From assembly GCA_963701095.1 (NCBI GenBank), contig OY969564.1, positions 1,376,001 to 1,440,000 on the forward strand: 64,000 nucleotides of DNA, given 5' to 3'. Of the stretch, positions 51,321-61,913 are shown piece by piece; the stretch's first letter is position 1, and every line of letters starts with the position of its first letter. Below the pieces are notes generated by a model. It saw only the letters and a program-made list of their open reading frames with translations, did no database searches and was not told the DNA's origin. A program made the position numbers and the translations under genes. The DNA is from an uncultured Methanoregulaceae archaeon. Lineage in GTDB: Archaea; Halobacteriota; Methanomicrobia; Methanomicrobiales; Methanospirillaceae.

Positions 51321-52615
51321 ATGAAAAAAGAGACGAGTCAGACACCGTTTGATCAGAGACTCTTTTTAATTTTCATCGTTACTTTTGCATCGATGATAGC
51401 ATTCGAATTTGCTGCCCAGTTCCTCTTTCCGTATGCACCTGACTGGCGTTCAAACCTTATTACCAGTCTTTTTACAAGCGGTCTTGCAGTCATCATTGCC
51501 TATTTTCCACTCAATAATTATTACAGCACAGCCACGAAGCTCTCATCAGAGGTAGAAAGGCGTCATGTGGTGGAAAATGAGTTGCGGGAGCGTGAAGAGC
51601 AGCTTAGAAGAACCTTTGACCAGTCCCCAGTGGGATCCGGAATCCTTTCAACGGCTCTCCGGTTTACCGGGTAAATGATACCCTGTGCGCAATAACAGGA
51701 TACACACCGGAGGAGCTTCTTTCCCAATCCATTACCTCAATTCTTCTTCCCGAAGAGATAAATCAGGTTATCACCTGTACAGAAACCCTCAAAAGAGGTG
51801 ATGCCAATGGAGATGAAAGCGATTTGCACCTGGTACGAAAAAACGGAGACAAGATCTGGGTGCATCAGTCGATCCGTCTCATCCGTGAAGATGATGGAAC
51901 CCCCCTGTACTTTATCCCGATGTATTTGGATATAAACGACCGTAAGCTTACGGAGGATGCCCTCCAGAAAACCAATAAAAAACTCTCGATTCTTTCAGCC
52001 ATCACCAGACATGATATCAGAAACCAGCTGACGGGGTTATCCGTATTCCTGCAACTAATGAAAAATGAATTCCAGAATGATCCGGTTCTGCAGAATTATG
52101 TTGTTAAACTTATTGCCTGCAGTGATGCCATAGAACGGCAGATCGAATTTACCCGGAATTACGAGGCCCTGGGGAGCGCAACCGCCAGTTGGTTTGATGT
52201 ATACCGGGGTATTTTTGAAGAGGCACAACACCTGCCTCTCGAAGGTATAACCGTGGACACCGGAGTAAAGGGATATTCAATATACGCGGACCCGCTTATA
52301 GGTAAGGTCTATTATAATCTCATCGAAAACTCCCTCCGGCATGGTGATCATGTGACAAAGATTGCATTTACCATGAACGAAACAGAAAATGGACTAGAGA
52401 TCTTGTATACTGATAATGGCGTGGGGATACAGCCTTTGGAAAAAGAGAAGATATTTCTCCGGGGTTACGGCCGTAATACCGGACTTGGTCTGTTTTTAAT
52501 CCGGGAAATCCTTGCAACTACAGGTATCAATATAACTGAGATCGGGACACACGGAGCTGGAGCCCAATTTGAAATTATCGTTCCCAAAGGTGCGTACCGT
52601 TTTTCAGAGTCTTAA
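51321..52615 (+). CDS. membrane PAS-domain histidine kinase, frameshift at ~51668
   Basis: Two TM helices, PAS (FDQSPVG...RVNDTLCAITGY), TRHDIRNQL, NLIENSLRHG, DNGVG, TGLGL. Confidence 0.9.
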
Positions 52616-52781
52616 CTTTGATTTCCGGGGTTTGGAAAATTTATCAATAGATGTGGGTTGCCTCACATTCCGACAGCGATCGAAGAATTCGTCTGATTCT
52701 TAATTGCCTCCGGACTATGACACATCGACCCCTTTTGCCGACAGGAAAGGTTGTATACACTCAAACAAAACCTATAGGATC

Positions 52782-53006
52782 ATGCAATACACAATTGTCT
52801 TCGAACCTGACGACGAAGGCGGTTTTACCGCCCGCTGCGTTGAGATCCCGGGGACTGTTTGCAAGGGTGCCGACAAAGGAGAAGCGCTCGCCCATCTTAA
52901 AGAGGTAATCAGTCAGGTGCAACAGGACTGGCAGGCCGACCTGCACCGTATGATCACATCTCTTTCATCTGATATTATCAGGATCGATGTCGCAGAAACC
53001 GCGTAA
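52782..53006 (+). CDS. HicB-like antitoxin domain (UPF0150), no HicA nearby
   Basis: YTIVFEPDDEGGFTARCVEIPGTVCKGADKGEALAHLKEVI. Confidence 0.8.
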   Translation: MQYTIVFEPDDEGGFTARCVEIPGTVCKGADKGEALAHLKEVISQVQQDWQADLHRMITSLSSDIIRIDVAETA

Positions 53007-53134
53007 CCGTGGTAAGCACCTTCAGGGTTTTACATCCTCATAAATTTTATACCTATTTTTCAGGGTTTTCTGCCTTGTGCATCAGATCTCATTAAACGAG
53101 AGTATATTATTTTAGTACGTGAAGCGGCCAACAC

Positions 53135-54355
53135 ATGTACGATAAGCGCATCAGTTCTGGTGAAACCATTACGTTTGTTTTTGCCCGACGTATCCAGCAT
53201 GCACCGGCATCATTCCTGGGGGAGCTCTTCAGAGTCTCATCTGATCCATCCATTATTTCATTTGCCGGAGGATTGCCCTCATCCGAGCTGATCGATACAG
53301 AAGGGATTTCATCCGCCGCTCAGGACGTTTTTAAAACAGATCCACGTACGGCATTGCAGTATTCGACAACAGATGGCTACCGACCGTTACGGGAATACAT
53401 AGCAGATCGGTATCGCTCAAGGCTCGGTGTTCCGGCCACCGCTGACGAAATTCAGATCACCAACGGTTCCCAACAATGTCTCGATCTCTTCGCGAAGATA
53501 TTCCTCGATCCGGGGGACCTTGTAGGGATGGAACGACCGGGATATCTTGGGGCTATAGAGGCATTTTCGCTTTATGAGCCGGAATTTTTAACTGTACCGC
53601 TCAACCATGAAGGTCCCGACACGGTTGTTTTTGAAAAAACGATGAAGGAAAAGCCGGTAAAATTTTTTTACGGAATTCCTAACTGCCAGAACCCTTCAGG
53701 TTGTACGTATTCTCAGGAAAGACGCAAAGAGATTGCCGAAATACTAAGTGATACGGAAACGGTCTTTTATGAAGATGATGCATTCGGCGAACTCTTCTTT
53801 GATGGGACCCCCCGGCTACCGATAAAACGTTTTCTAATGGAAAACACGGTGATCTCAGGATCGTTCTCCAAAATCACTGCGCCCGGTATGCGGATCGGAT
53901 GGATGTATGCTTCTTTTGAGATCCTCAAGGAATTCAACATAGCAAAACAGGCTGCAGATCTCCACTCAAATTTTCTCTGCCAACAGATCCTCCACAGATA
54001 TCTGGTAACCAATGATCTCGATAGCCATATCCGGAAAATCGTATCGGTATATAGGCGACAGTGCCAGCTGATGTGCGATCTCTTCGATGACCTGATGCCA
54101 TCCTTGACTCACACGACTCCTGAAGGGGGGATGTTTCTTACTGCTGAACTCCCCTCAGGCCTTCACGCTATGAAAGTCTTTGAAGAGGGTGTCCGGGAAA
54201 AAGTTGCGGTATTGCCGGGGATGCCATTTTTTGTTGATGGCGGAGGCACTAATATTATCCGGCTCAACTTCTCCAATGCCAATGAGGAAAGGATCACTGA
54301 AGGCATGTACCGGCTTGCAAAGGTTATCAACGGGCTTTCCTCAAAAAAATCTTGA
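53135..54355 (+). CDS. PLP-dependent aminotransferase class I/II
   Basis: ISFAGGLP, ITNGSQQ, QNPSG, YEDDAF, GSFSKITAPGMRIGW. Confidence 0.92.
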   Translation: MYDKRISSGETITFVFARRIQHAPASFLGELFRVSSDPSIISFAGGLPSSELIDTEGISSAAQDVFKTDPRTALQYSTTDGYRPLREYIADRYRSRLGVPATADEIQITNGSQQCLDLFAKIFLDPGDLVGMERPGYLGAIEAFSLYEPEFLTVPLNHEGPDTVVFEKTMKEKPVKFFYGIPNCQNPSGCTYSQERRKEIAEILSDTETVFYEDDAFGELFFDGTPRLPIKRFLMENTVISGSFSKITAPGMRIGWMYASFEILKEFNIAKQAADLHSNFLCQQILHRYLVTNDLDSHIRKIVSVYRRQCQLMCDLFDDLMPSLTHTTPEGGMFLTAELPSGLHAMKVFEEGVREKVAVLPGMPFFVDGGGTNIIRLNFSNANEERITEGMYRLAKVINGLSSKKS

Positions 54356-54468
54356 ATTGAAAGAGTAAATGAGCCTCCGGTTATAACTACCGGTTTTTTA
54401 GGTGACCCCCGTATATTCTCTTTTTATATAGAAGCATACGCCAGAGTTGTATATCAGGATGAGATAGT

Positions 54469-55972
54469 GTGATAAAAAAACTCCTTATATTCGTGCTGAT
54501 TATGGCACTTTGCCAGATTGTAGTTACCCCTCTTGTGTCTGGATATAGTGAAGGATTAGGGCCGGTAATCACAGAAACCACTACGGAACCGACACTTATG
54601 CCAACGGTAATTGAACCAACTACCGGGCCTACACTCATGCCAACTGTTACCGAACCAACATCAGTAGTTACTACAATTGTGACTGCTGTACCTACGACTT
54701 CCGTAGGAGGCCACCAGGGATGGATTGATGTATATTGCAATGTTGATGGATCCACGGTTTATTTCGATGGAACATATGAAGGCATCACAGCAGGGGGCAT
54801 CCTGTCAGTACCGGTTTTCACAACCGGGACACCGGTTAGAACGATTACTGTTTCCCAGACGGGTTATACAACATGGACTGGCAACCTCCCTGCTATGCCT
54901 TCCAATGGGCAGCATGTTTCAGTTTACGCAACCATCAACCCGCTTACCACGATTCCTACTCCTATCCCGCCGGTGACAACCGGATCTATCTATGCCCAGT
55001 CCAGCCCGGCCGGGGCTGCAATCTATATGAATGGGAATTTCTATGGGTACTCGCCTCAGACCATACCTGGTCTCGCGCCAGGTGCCTACTCTATGAAAGC
55101 CACCCTTTCCGGTTATACTCCCGATAATACCCTGGTTTATGTGTACTCCGGGCAGACAGCGCCGTATTACCCGGTCCTCCAGCAGTCACCCCAACCCCGT
55201 CAGACAGGTACGGTATATGTGACCTCCAACCCAACGCAGACTGGGGTATATGTCGATGGAAACTATTACGGAACCACTCCCCTTACCCTAACCCTGTACC
55301 CTGGCAGCCACCAGGTTGTACTCAAACTTTCAGGGTACAACGATTATTCCACAAATATCTGGGTAGTTGCAGGCCAGTCCCAGAACTTGCCGGTTACGAT
55401 GTCGTCAACAACATTCGGTAGTATTATTATTACTTCAGTCCCGGGAGCCATGGTGTATATGGACAGCAATGTTGCAGGCACGATCAATTCCGCCGGGACT
55501 CTCTCCCTTAATGGAGTTTCGGTTGGAAACCACATCTTCAAGGTGACTGCACCGGGTATAACACCTGGCTTAACACCGTGTACATCCAGCCAAATACCCT
55601 AAATACCATATCTGCGGCCCTTACACCTATCGGAGTACCTACGACAACAGTTCCGGCCTCAGGGGGTCTTACCATCGCTTCAACCCCCACTAACGCGGAT
55701 ACGTACATAGATGGTGTATACCGTGGTATAACCCCGCTCACCGTACCTGGCCTTGCACCAGGTGACCATTTGGTTCGCCTGTCCGCAGCCGGCTACGTAG
55801 ATTATTCAACTACGACAACAGTGACTTCGGGGCAGACCTCACCGCTGGCTATCGCGCTTGTTGTCGCTCCAACACCTACTGCAACCCAGTCACCAGCACC
55901 GGGTTCTTATCAGTACTCTGCGTCCTTGCGGCTGCAATAGGAATATGCTGGTATACGAGGAGGGGATTCTGA
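54469..55972 (+). CDS. PEGA-repeat cell-surface protein with PGF-CTERM; frameshifts at ~55554 and ~55901
   Basis: Signal peptide, Thr/Pro linker, SxPxGAxVYxDG..YGxTP repeats. Corrected end SPAPGFLSVLCVLAAAIGICWYTRRGF*. Confidence 0.85.
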
Positions 55973-55973
55973 T

Positions 55974-56648
55974 ATGACACAAACCTGTTCATGTTCGACA
56001 AAACTTATTGCAACTGCAGTTATTGCTATCGTTATTATATCGTTACTGACCGCATTTGCATACCATAGTTCGAACGCCACACTCAGGGATGCTGTACAAT
56101 CCGGACTGAAATCGACGGCCGGAGTAATGGCTACACAAATCAACGCAAGTGACCTTAAAGGTCTCACACCAGGTGATGAGAACACGACCCAATACCTTAC
56201 GGTTGCAGCAAAACTGAGGAATATGCGTAGCATGAACGATCAGCTCCTCAATGCGTATATTATAAAAGTGAATACAACGGACATGTCTGCCTCATTTTTA
56301 GTTGACGACCTCTATCCACTTGATCCCTCAGGTTCAGCACGGATTGGTCAGGCAGATACGTCACCGGACAAAGTGCAAATTTTTGAAGCACTCTCAGGCC
56401 CCACAGCTTCTCCTGTACCTTATACCGATTCGTGGGGGTCGTTCATGTCTGCTTATGCACCGATCGATGACACGGCCGGTAATACATATGCGATTCTCGG
56501 TGTCGATGTGTCGGAAAACGATTATGTAGCTTCAACAACTCATGGGGAGTGGATAATAGTGACTGGAGTAGTCTCCATCGTAATTGTACTCTCCGCCTTC
56601 TACATGTTTAGTCGTAAGAACGAAGAAGAGATACCTAAGGTTCCGTAA
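55974..56648 (+). CDS. stand-alone extracytoplasmic Cache/PDC-like sensor domain between two TM helices
   Basis: TM helix, YTDSWGSFMSAYAPIDD...AILGVDVS, TM helix, short tail. Confidence 0.75.
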   Translation: MTQTCSCSTKLIATAVIAIVIISLLTAFAYHSSNATLRDAVQSGLKSTAGVMATQINASDLKGLTPGDENTTQYLTVAAKLRNMRSMNDQLLNAYIIKVNTTDMSASFLVDDLYPLDPSGSARIGQADTSPDKVQIFEALSGPTASPVPYTDSWGSFMSAYAPIDDTAGNTYAILGVDVSENDYVASTTHGEWIIVTGVVSIVIVLSAFYMFSRKNEEEIPKVP

Positions 56649-56830
56649 AAAAATACCATTTTGCACCCTTTTTTCTGTTTCGAAGATAACCGTAAATTCG
56701 TGAAGGTACAACGACATTTCCTTGGTTTTGATTTTGTGATTTGTAGTCTGCTGGTCTGCTCCCGTATCAGCACACTTATTGGCACCGCATAAAAAAGAAT
56801 ACCTAAAACAGCTATACTTCTCTGGCAATT

Positions 56831-57304
56831 ATGACAGCAGCACAAGAATCCGGTAAACGGGTACGACTTGAAACGAATATGGGCACGATTACTATTGCAC
56901 TTGATCCTGATATGCCTGTAACCGCCGGAAATTTCGAAACCCTTGCAAAGAAAGGCTATTACGATGGTGTCATCTTCCATCGTGTCATTGATGGATTTAT
57001 GATTCAAGGAGGTGATCCTACGGGTACAGGTATGGGGGGACCAGGTTATGCGATCCGTGACGAATTTTCGAGTCATAACAGGAACGATCGGGGAACCCTC
57101 TCAATGGCAAATGCCGGCCCCAATACCGGTGGCTCACAGTTCTTCATCAATCTCGTGAATAACAACTTCCTTGACTCTAAGCATCCGGTTTTTGGCAAAG
57201 TTATCGAGGGCATGGAAATCGTGGACAGGATAGCTAAAACAAAGACAGGACCTGGAGACAGGCCGATAGAGAAAGTCACGATCCTTCACGCGATTGTGGA
57301 ATAA
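56831..57304 (+). CDS. cyclophilin-type peptidyl-prolyl isomerase
   Basis: FHRVIDGFMIQGGDPTGTG, MANAGPNTGGSQFFI. Confidence 0.96.
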   Translation: MTAAQESGKRVRLETNMGTITIALDPDMPVTAGNFETLAKKGYYDGVIFHRVIDGFMIQGGDPTGTGMGGPGYAIRDEFSSHNRNDRGTLSMANAGPNTGGSQFFINLVNNNFLDSKHPVFGKVIEGMEIVDRIAKTKTGPGDRPIEKVTILHAIVE

Positions 57305-57461
57305 CTATCTCTCATTTTTATGGATGTCATATAACCGTATATCCTTGGTTTATGCATATCCCAGCCCAGGGAAAAATATAAAAGAGTCGGTATTCGCTTT
57401 TATTTATTCCAAAAGGAAACCTATGTCTCTCGAATTCAGAAAGTTTTAATCAGGGGCGATC

Positions 57462-58322
57462 ATGAAAAAACCCACAACGTATAAAAATAGTGACCTCGAA
57501 GCACATGCCTTGGAAATTATCGAACATCATCTGTCCCACCGGCCCATGACCCGGAAGATGTGGAGACTACTCAAGGATTCTCCCGAGGTTCAAGCCTACT
57601 GGAAGATGGCAAACTATGTCACCGGGACAAAACTTGGCATGAACGATCACGGCCGGACTCATGCGTATGTTGCTACTGCATCCGCACTCACCATGCTCGA
57701 TTTGCTCATTGGGTCCTCATTCTGCCCTGACATCATATCCGGGGGATTTGGTGATAATGACGACGCAGCACTTATCGTCATGACAGCGATGCTCTGTCAT
57801 GATCTCGGAAACACCATCCACCGCGAGGAACATGCAGATTTTGGCGTTATGATAACCATGCCGCTTCTTGAACGACTTCTTCCTGAAATTTATGATGACC
57901 CGGCAAAACTCATTGCAATCCGGTCGTTCATTCTCTCAGCAATGTACTCGCATCACGGGACACCACGGCCGCTTACTATCGAGGCGGCCCTTGTATGTAT
58001 CGCCGATTCAACTGACATGACAAAGGGCAGGGGCCGGGTCGCGTTTGATTCGGGCAGTATCACAATTCATTCTGTCTCGGCTTTATCTATCGAAAAAGTT
58101 GACATCAGGAAAGGCGATACAAAACCAATCAGCCTTGTGATCCACATGTCAAACCCTGCCGGGATCTTTCAGGTTCAGGAGATTCTCGCACCCAAGGTGC
58201 GAGCCGGCCCTCTCTTCGATGCCGTTGATGTAGTCGCAGTAACCACTGAAGAGGCACATGCGGCGGGCAATGCTATCGTTACCGGGATCCGTATGCAGGG
58301 ATCAAAATTCGTGCCCCTGTAA
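57462..58322 (+). CDS. HD-domain phosphohydrolase (COG3294-like)
   Basis: GMNDHGRTH, CHDLG, ADSTDMTKGRGR, IHSVSA. Confidence 0.88.
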   Translation: MKKPTTYKNSDLEAHALEIIEHHLSHRPMTRKMWRLLKDSPEVQAYWKMANYVTGTKLGMNDHGRTHAYVATASALTMLDLLIGSSFCPDIISGGFGDNDDAALIVMTAMLCHDLGNTIHREEHADFGVMITMPLLERLLPEIYDDPAKLIAIRSFILSAMYSHHGTPRPLTIEAALVCIADSTDMTKGRGRVAFDSGSITIHSVSALSIEKVDIRKGDTKPISLVIHMSNPAGIFQVQEILAPKVRAGPLFDAVDVVAVTTEEAHAAGNAIVTGIRMQGSKFVPL

Positions 58323-58387
58323 CCGGAAAAATGCCTGACCATCAGAGATAAAGAAATATCGCTGACGGCATTAACCGATAATCATTT

Positions 58388-58887
58388 TTATTTTTCTTCC
58401 CGAGTGTGGGATCTAAGTTTACCGATGAAGCGTTCAAGTGCATCCCTTGACTCGCGCCGGTTCTTCGCCGATACTATAATAGTCTCGGCCCCGGAAAAAT
58501 GCATTTTTGCTGCATCGGGTTGTGCGCCTATTGCATCGCATTTATTCAGGAAGACAATTGATGGTATATGCGCATTCGAAATTGAGGTGGAAAGATGCTC
58601 CACAAATTCGTCCACCGGAGAGGTCACATCAACGAGAAGGATCGCACCATCCATTCCCTTGCCTATGATCTCACGGGCAAATTCAAAACGCTCCTGTCCC
58701 GGGTTCCGTACAGGTAAACCCTTTTTTCGCCAATCTGAACCCGACCGTAATCGAGCGCGATAGTGGTCGAACCGCCAGTGCATTCGGCCTCGATATGTTT
58801 TGCCTGCGGATCGAGTGTCTGGATAAACGTTGACTTACCCGCCCCGAACGCACCAAAAACGACAATTTTGTACTTTTCTTCTGCCAT
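58388..58887 (-). CDS. small MglA/conservon-type GTPase, frameshift at ~58700
   Basis: GAFGAGKST, TTIALDYG, YGTPGQERF (after correction), NKCD, SAK. Confidence 0.88.
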
Positions 58888-59022
58888 TGTGGTACGATGG
58901 GCGAAAGAGGCTGTTTACCGTTTCGGTCGGAAATATTTAATTGAGATGTGCCTTCTCCAAGTCTTCTCTATAGTTCTCAGAATTTTCCTTCCAGTAAACC
59001 TCAGATTCGTTTTAGCGGATCA

Positions 59023-59886
59023 TCATTTACCCTTTTTCCGGATGAACGTGCCGTTTTTATATTCTGCAAATGCTCGTTGCAGCTCTTCTTCTGTATTCAT
59101 AACAATAGGACCACCCCAGGCAACTGGTTCACGGAGAGGTTTTCCGGAGAAGTACAAAAACCGGGTTCCCATCTTTCCGGCATTTACTTCGATCGATGTC
59201 CCGTTGCCGGAATACAAGGCTATCATGCGGTTTTTTTGTTCTTCGTTCCGGTGCGGATCAAAAATTCCAGATCCCGCGATAATATAGGCAGCTGCCGTAT
59301 ATCCAGACCTGACTGGAAGGGTGAATTGCACCCCCGGTTCAAGTGTGACATCGAAATAATCCGGGTCCGTAACGATATCACGTACTGGACCAGTTACACC
59401 GTCGATTGTCCCGCAGATAACTTTAACAACAGCGCCATCGGAAACATCGACATGGGGTACATCCCTTTCGCGGATCTCCTGGTATCGTGGATCCATCATC
59501 TTATGGCTTTTTGGGAGGTTGACCCAGAGCTGAAATCCTCCCATCTTCCCTTGAACAGGTTTTGGCATTTCCTGGTGGATAATCCCTGAACCTGCTGTCA
59601 TCCATTGGATTCCACCGGCATCAACACTGCCTGCATGGCCCATACTGTCGCCGTGCTCGACTTTTCCGTCAATCATATATGTTACGGTCTCAATGCCCCG
59701 GTGCGGGTGCCAGGGAAACCCTGCAAGGTAATCTTCCGGCCGGTCTGCACGAAAATCATCAAGCATGAGAAACGGGTCAAAGTGGGGTATCTGGGAATAC
59801 CCAAATACACGGTGGAGCCTTACCCCGGCGCCATCGATCGTTTCCTGGGAAAAAAAGAGCCTTGATATTTCACGTACCTGTGGCAT
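59023..59886 (-). CDS. pirin family protein
   Basis: DPFLMLD, HPHRGIETVT, WMTAGSGIIHQE, GPIVMNT. Confidence 0.95.
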   Translation of the reverse strand: MPQVREISRLFFSQETIDGAGVRLHRVFGYSQIPHFDPFLMLDDFRADRPEDYLAGFPWHPHRGIETVTYMIDGKVEHGDSMGHAGSVDAGGIQWMTAGSGIIHQEMPKPVQGKMGGFQLWVNLPKSHKMMDPRYQEIRERDVPHVDVSDGAVVKVICGTIDGVTGPVRDIVTDPDYFDVTLEPGVQFTLPVRSGYTAAAYIIAGSGIFDPHRNEEQKNRMIALYSGNGTSIEVNAGKMGTRFLYFSGKPLREPVAWGGPIVMNTEEELQRAFAEYKNGTFIRKKGK

Positions 59887-59966
59887 GATCCAGCCTTTAC
59901 CACAATCAACGGATAAACATGGCGAATGTTACATATTCCCTTCATTGCCAGGAATATATGACCATA

Positions 59967-60239
59967 TTATGGACAATGGCAGGAACCGTCGCCAAGGGAG
60001 GACAACGGTGTAACAGTCGTTGAAACAACGGGCTCCATGGGACAGTTGCAGATAATGCTCGGCCGTGGCACAGGCGCCGTTGCGTTCTCGTTGGAGGCTG
60101 TCGGGGTTATTCCAGGGCTTACGGTAAGGTGCGGCTGAGGCTGTCCAGGCTGCGATGTAATAAGGCAGCCGCATAAACAAAGAAAAAACAGGATCAGAGT
60201 GACAAAAAGCAAATAAGATCCTAATATTTTCAGATTCAT
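59967..60239 (-). CDS. small putative lipoprotein with two CxCP motifs
   Basis: SD GGTGA, hydrophobic signal ending LCGC, P/T linker, CNCP and terminal CHCP. Confidence 0.65.
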   Translation of the reverse strand: MNLKILGSYLLFVTLILFFLCLCGCLITSQPGQPQPHLTVSPGITPTASNENATAPVPRPSIICNCPMEPVVSTTVTPLSSLGDGSCHCP

Positions 60240-60363
60240 TGAAATCACCTTACTATTTTCTGAAAGCACTTCTAATTGTTGCCTTGATTTCAAAAAAGTC
60301 GCAGTTATCTCTACGGACATTACTATTGCCGGATAGTGAGAAAAGAATATTATTCACTGTCCA

Positions 60364-60447
60364 TCAGAGCTGGTTGAAAATAGATTTCAGTTGCTGAAGC
60401 GTGGATGGTGCCATTTGCCACTGCATCGTGAAATGAAGGTATGACAT
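60364..60447 (-). CDS. candidate 27-aa small protein
   Basis: GGTGA 4 nt before ATG and upstream TTAAATA box; MSYLHFTMQWQMAPSTLQQLKSIFNQL. Confidence 0.35.
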   Translation of the reverse strand: MSYLHFTMQWQMAPSTLQQLKSIFNQL

Positions 60448-60551
60448 TAGTTCACCGAAAACAGCAATTATATTTAATTTTTGAAAAAATTCATATTTTG
60501 GATATATGCTTAATGAAAATTTCCGGGACTGTCCGGGAATACATTCGGCAC

Positions 60552-60794
60552 TCAAGCCCGCAGGGTCCACCGGACTGTGATCGCATGCACGGGGCAGAAG
60601 TCATTGCACAGGAAACACATGCAGCACAAATCACTTTTCTCCGGATAAACACCGTTTCCTTTGACCGAGACAAAAACGCCCATCGAGCACAGATCTACGC
60701 ATTCGTGTTTGTTATGGCAATGATGGCTCCTTCTGCACAGGTCCGGATCGACGTAAACTTCAGTTCCTACTGTCGTTGCGGGTCCGACTTCCAT
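60552..60794 (-). CDS. 4Fe-4S ferredoxin-like protein
   Basis: CCMCFLCNDFCPVHAI plus an atypical first Cys cluster. Confidence 0.8.
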   Translation of the reverse strand: MEVGPATTVGTEVYVDPDLCRRSHHCHNKHECVDLCSMGVFVSVKGNGVYPEKSDLCCMCFLCNDFCPVHAITVRWTLRA

Positions 60795-60933
60795 GAAAAA
60801 ACTCCTTGTTTTCTGGTCTTGGGGGCGGCGGTACACCGCACCTGTATATCTTCTTTATATATTCGAGTTTTAATTATAAATTAATACTTTTACTTTGAAA
60901 AATAAGGGAAAAATCACCGTATTAAAAAAGATT

Positions 60934-61851
60934 TTATCGTTTCTGCTCTGACTCACCGGTCTTTGGCTGTGCCGGCCGGTTCCGTTTCCAGAGCCAATAG
61001 CCAATGTACACGATACAGCCGATGATGACCAGCGGCAGCACAGTTATAATAAACACGATGATTGAATCGACGACACCGAAGAAACCGGCAATACCCTCAT
61101 TTATGGCTGACACGAAGTCGAGACCCTGCGGTCCGCCGATAGGTTCTGGCTGCTGCAGGGAGACGGTGATGGTCGCATAATCGATTTGGCTGTTGAGGTA
61201 CTTCATGGTCCCGGTGACCCGATCTAAGTTGGTCTGTACATCATCAATCTGTTGTTGGATTGAGAGGACATCTTCGACCTTAGTCGCATTTTTCATGATC
61301 GCATTATATTGGGTGATCTGATTTTGGTACGCGGTGATCTGAGCCTGGACATCTACATATTCTTCAGTAACATCTTGTGCCTGGGTAGAAAGGGAGGTAA
61401 CTTTCCCGATTGCGTTTACATCGGCAAGTGTGTTGTCGAAATGGGTAGCAGGGATCCGGAGTTCAATGGAGCCGGTAGGTTGGCCGTTGTAATCAGTACC
61501 GATATTGGTCGTTGATACGTATCCTCCTGCCGCGGTGCCGATGGTCGCGATGACCGCAGCAGCATTTGTAACATTACTCACTTCAAGCGTGACATCCGCA
61601 GTTTTTATGATCTTCGTGTCGACGCCCTGACCCGGCTCCCCTCCAGATGTAGAAACTGGCGGTATTATCGGCCCGGATCCCACGATTGCCGCGTTTGTGC
61701 CTTGAACATACGAGACCGGGACGCTTTGTGCCGTTGGCGGAGTGATCTCTGCGACGGTCGACTTCGCGATACCGCTTTGTGTGCTGGTGCAACCGGCTAT
61801 ACCGACTGCTGCGATACATATGATGAGAATGACTAGCATTTTGTAATTCAT
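60934..61851 (-). CDS. DUF4349 domain lipoprotein
   Basis: IAGC lipobox, KIIKTADVTLEV, LRIPA, QDVTEEYVD, C-terminal TM helix. Confidence 0.88.
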   Translation of the reverse strand: MNYKMLVILIICIAAVGIAGCTSTQSGIAKSTVAEITPPTAQSVPVSYVQGTNAAIVGSGPIIPPVSTSGGEPGQGVDTKIIKTADVTLEVSNVTNAAAVIATIGTAAGGYVSTTNIGTDYNGQPTGSIELRIPATHFDNTLADVNAIGKVTSLSTQAQDVTEEYVDVQAQITAYQNQITQYNAIMKNATKVEDVLSIQQQIDDVQTNLDRVTGTMKYLNSQIDYATITVSLQQPEPIGGPQGLDFVSAINEGIAGFFGVVDSIIVFIITVLPLVIIGCIVYIGYWLWKRNRPAQPKTGESEQKR

Positions 61852-61889
61852 ACTAGCCTATCTATGACCACAATATAAATATACGACGT

Positions 61890-61913
61890 TAACTGCGAAA
61901 ATTTCCGCAGTTA
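61890..61913. promoter_or_regulatory. palindrome TAACTGCG-N8-CGCAGTTA next to a TATA box
   Basis: Perfect 8-bp arms just upstream of the minus-strand TTTATA of the DUF4349 gene. Confidence 0.6.

Noticed and set aside
54589..54660. Duplicated PTLMPTVxEPT repeat
   Set aside because: Ordinary Thr/Pro linker duplication in a surface protein; not a CRISPR or regulatory repeat
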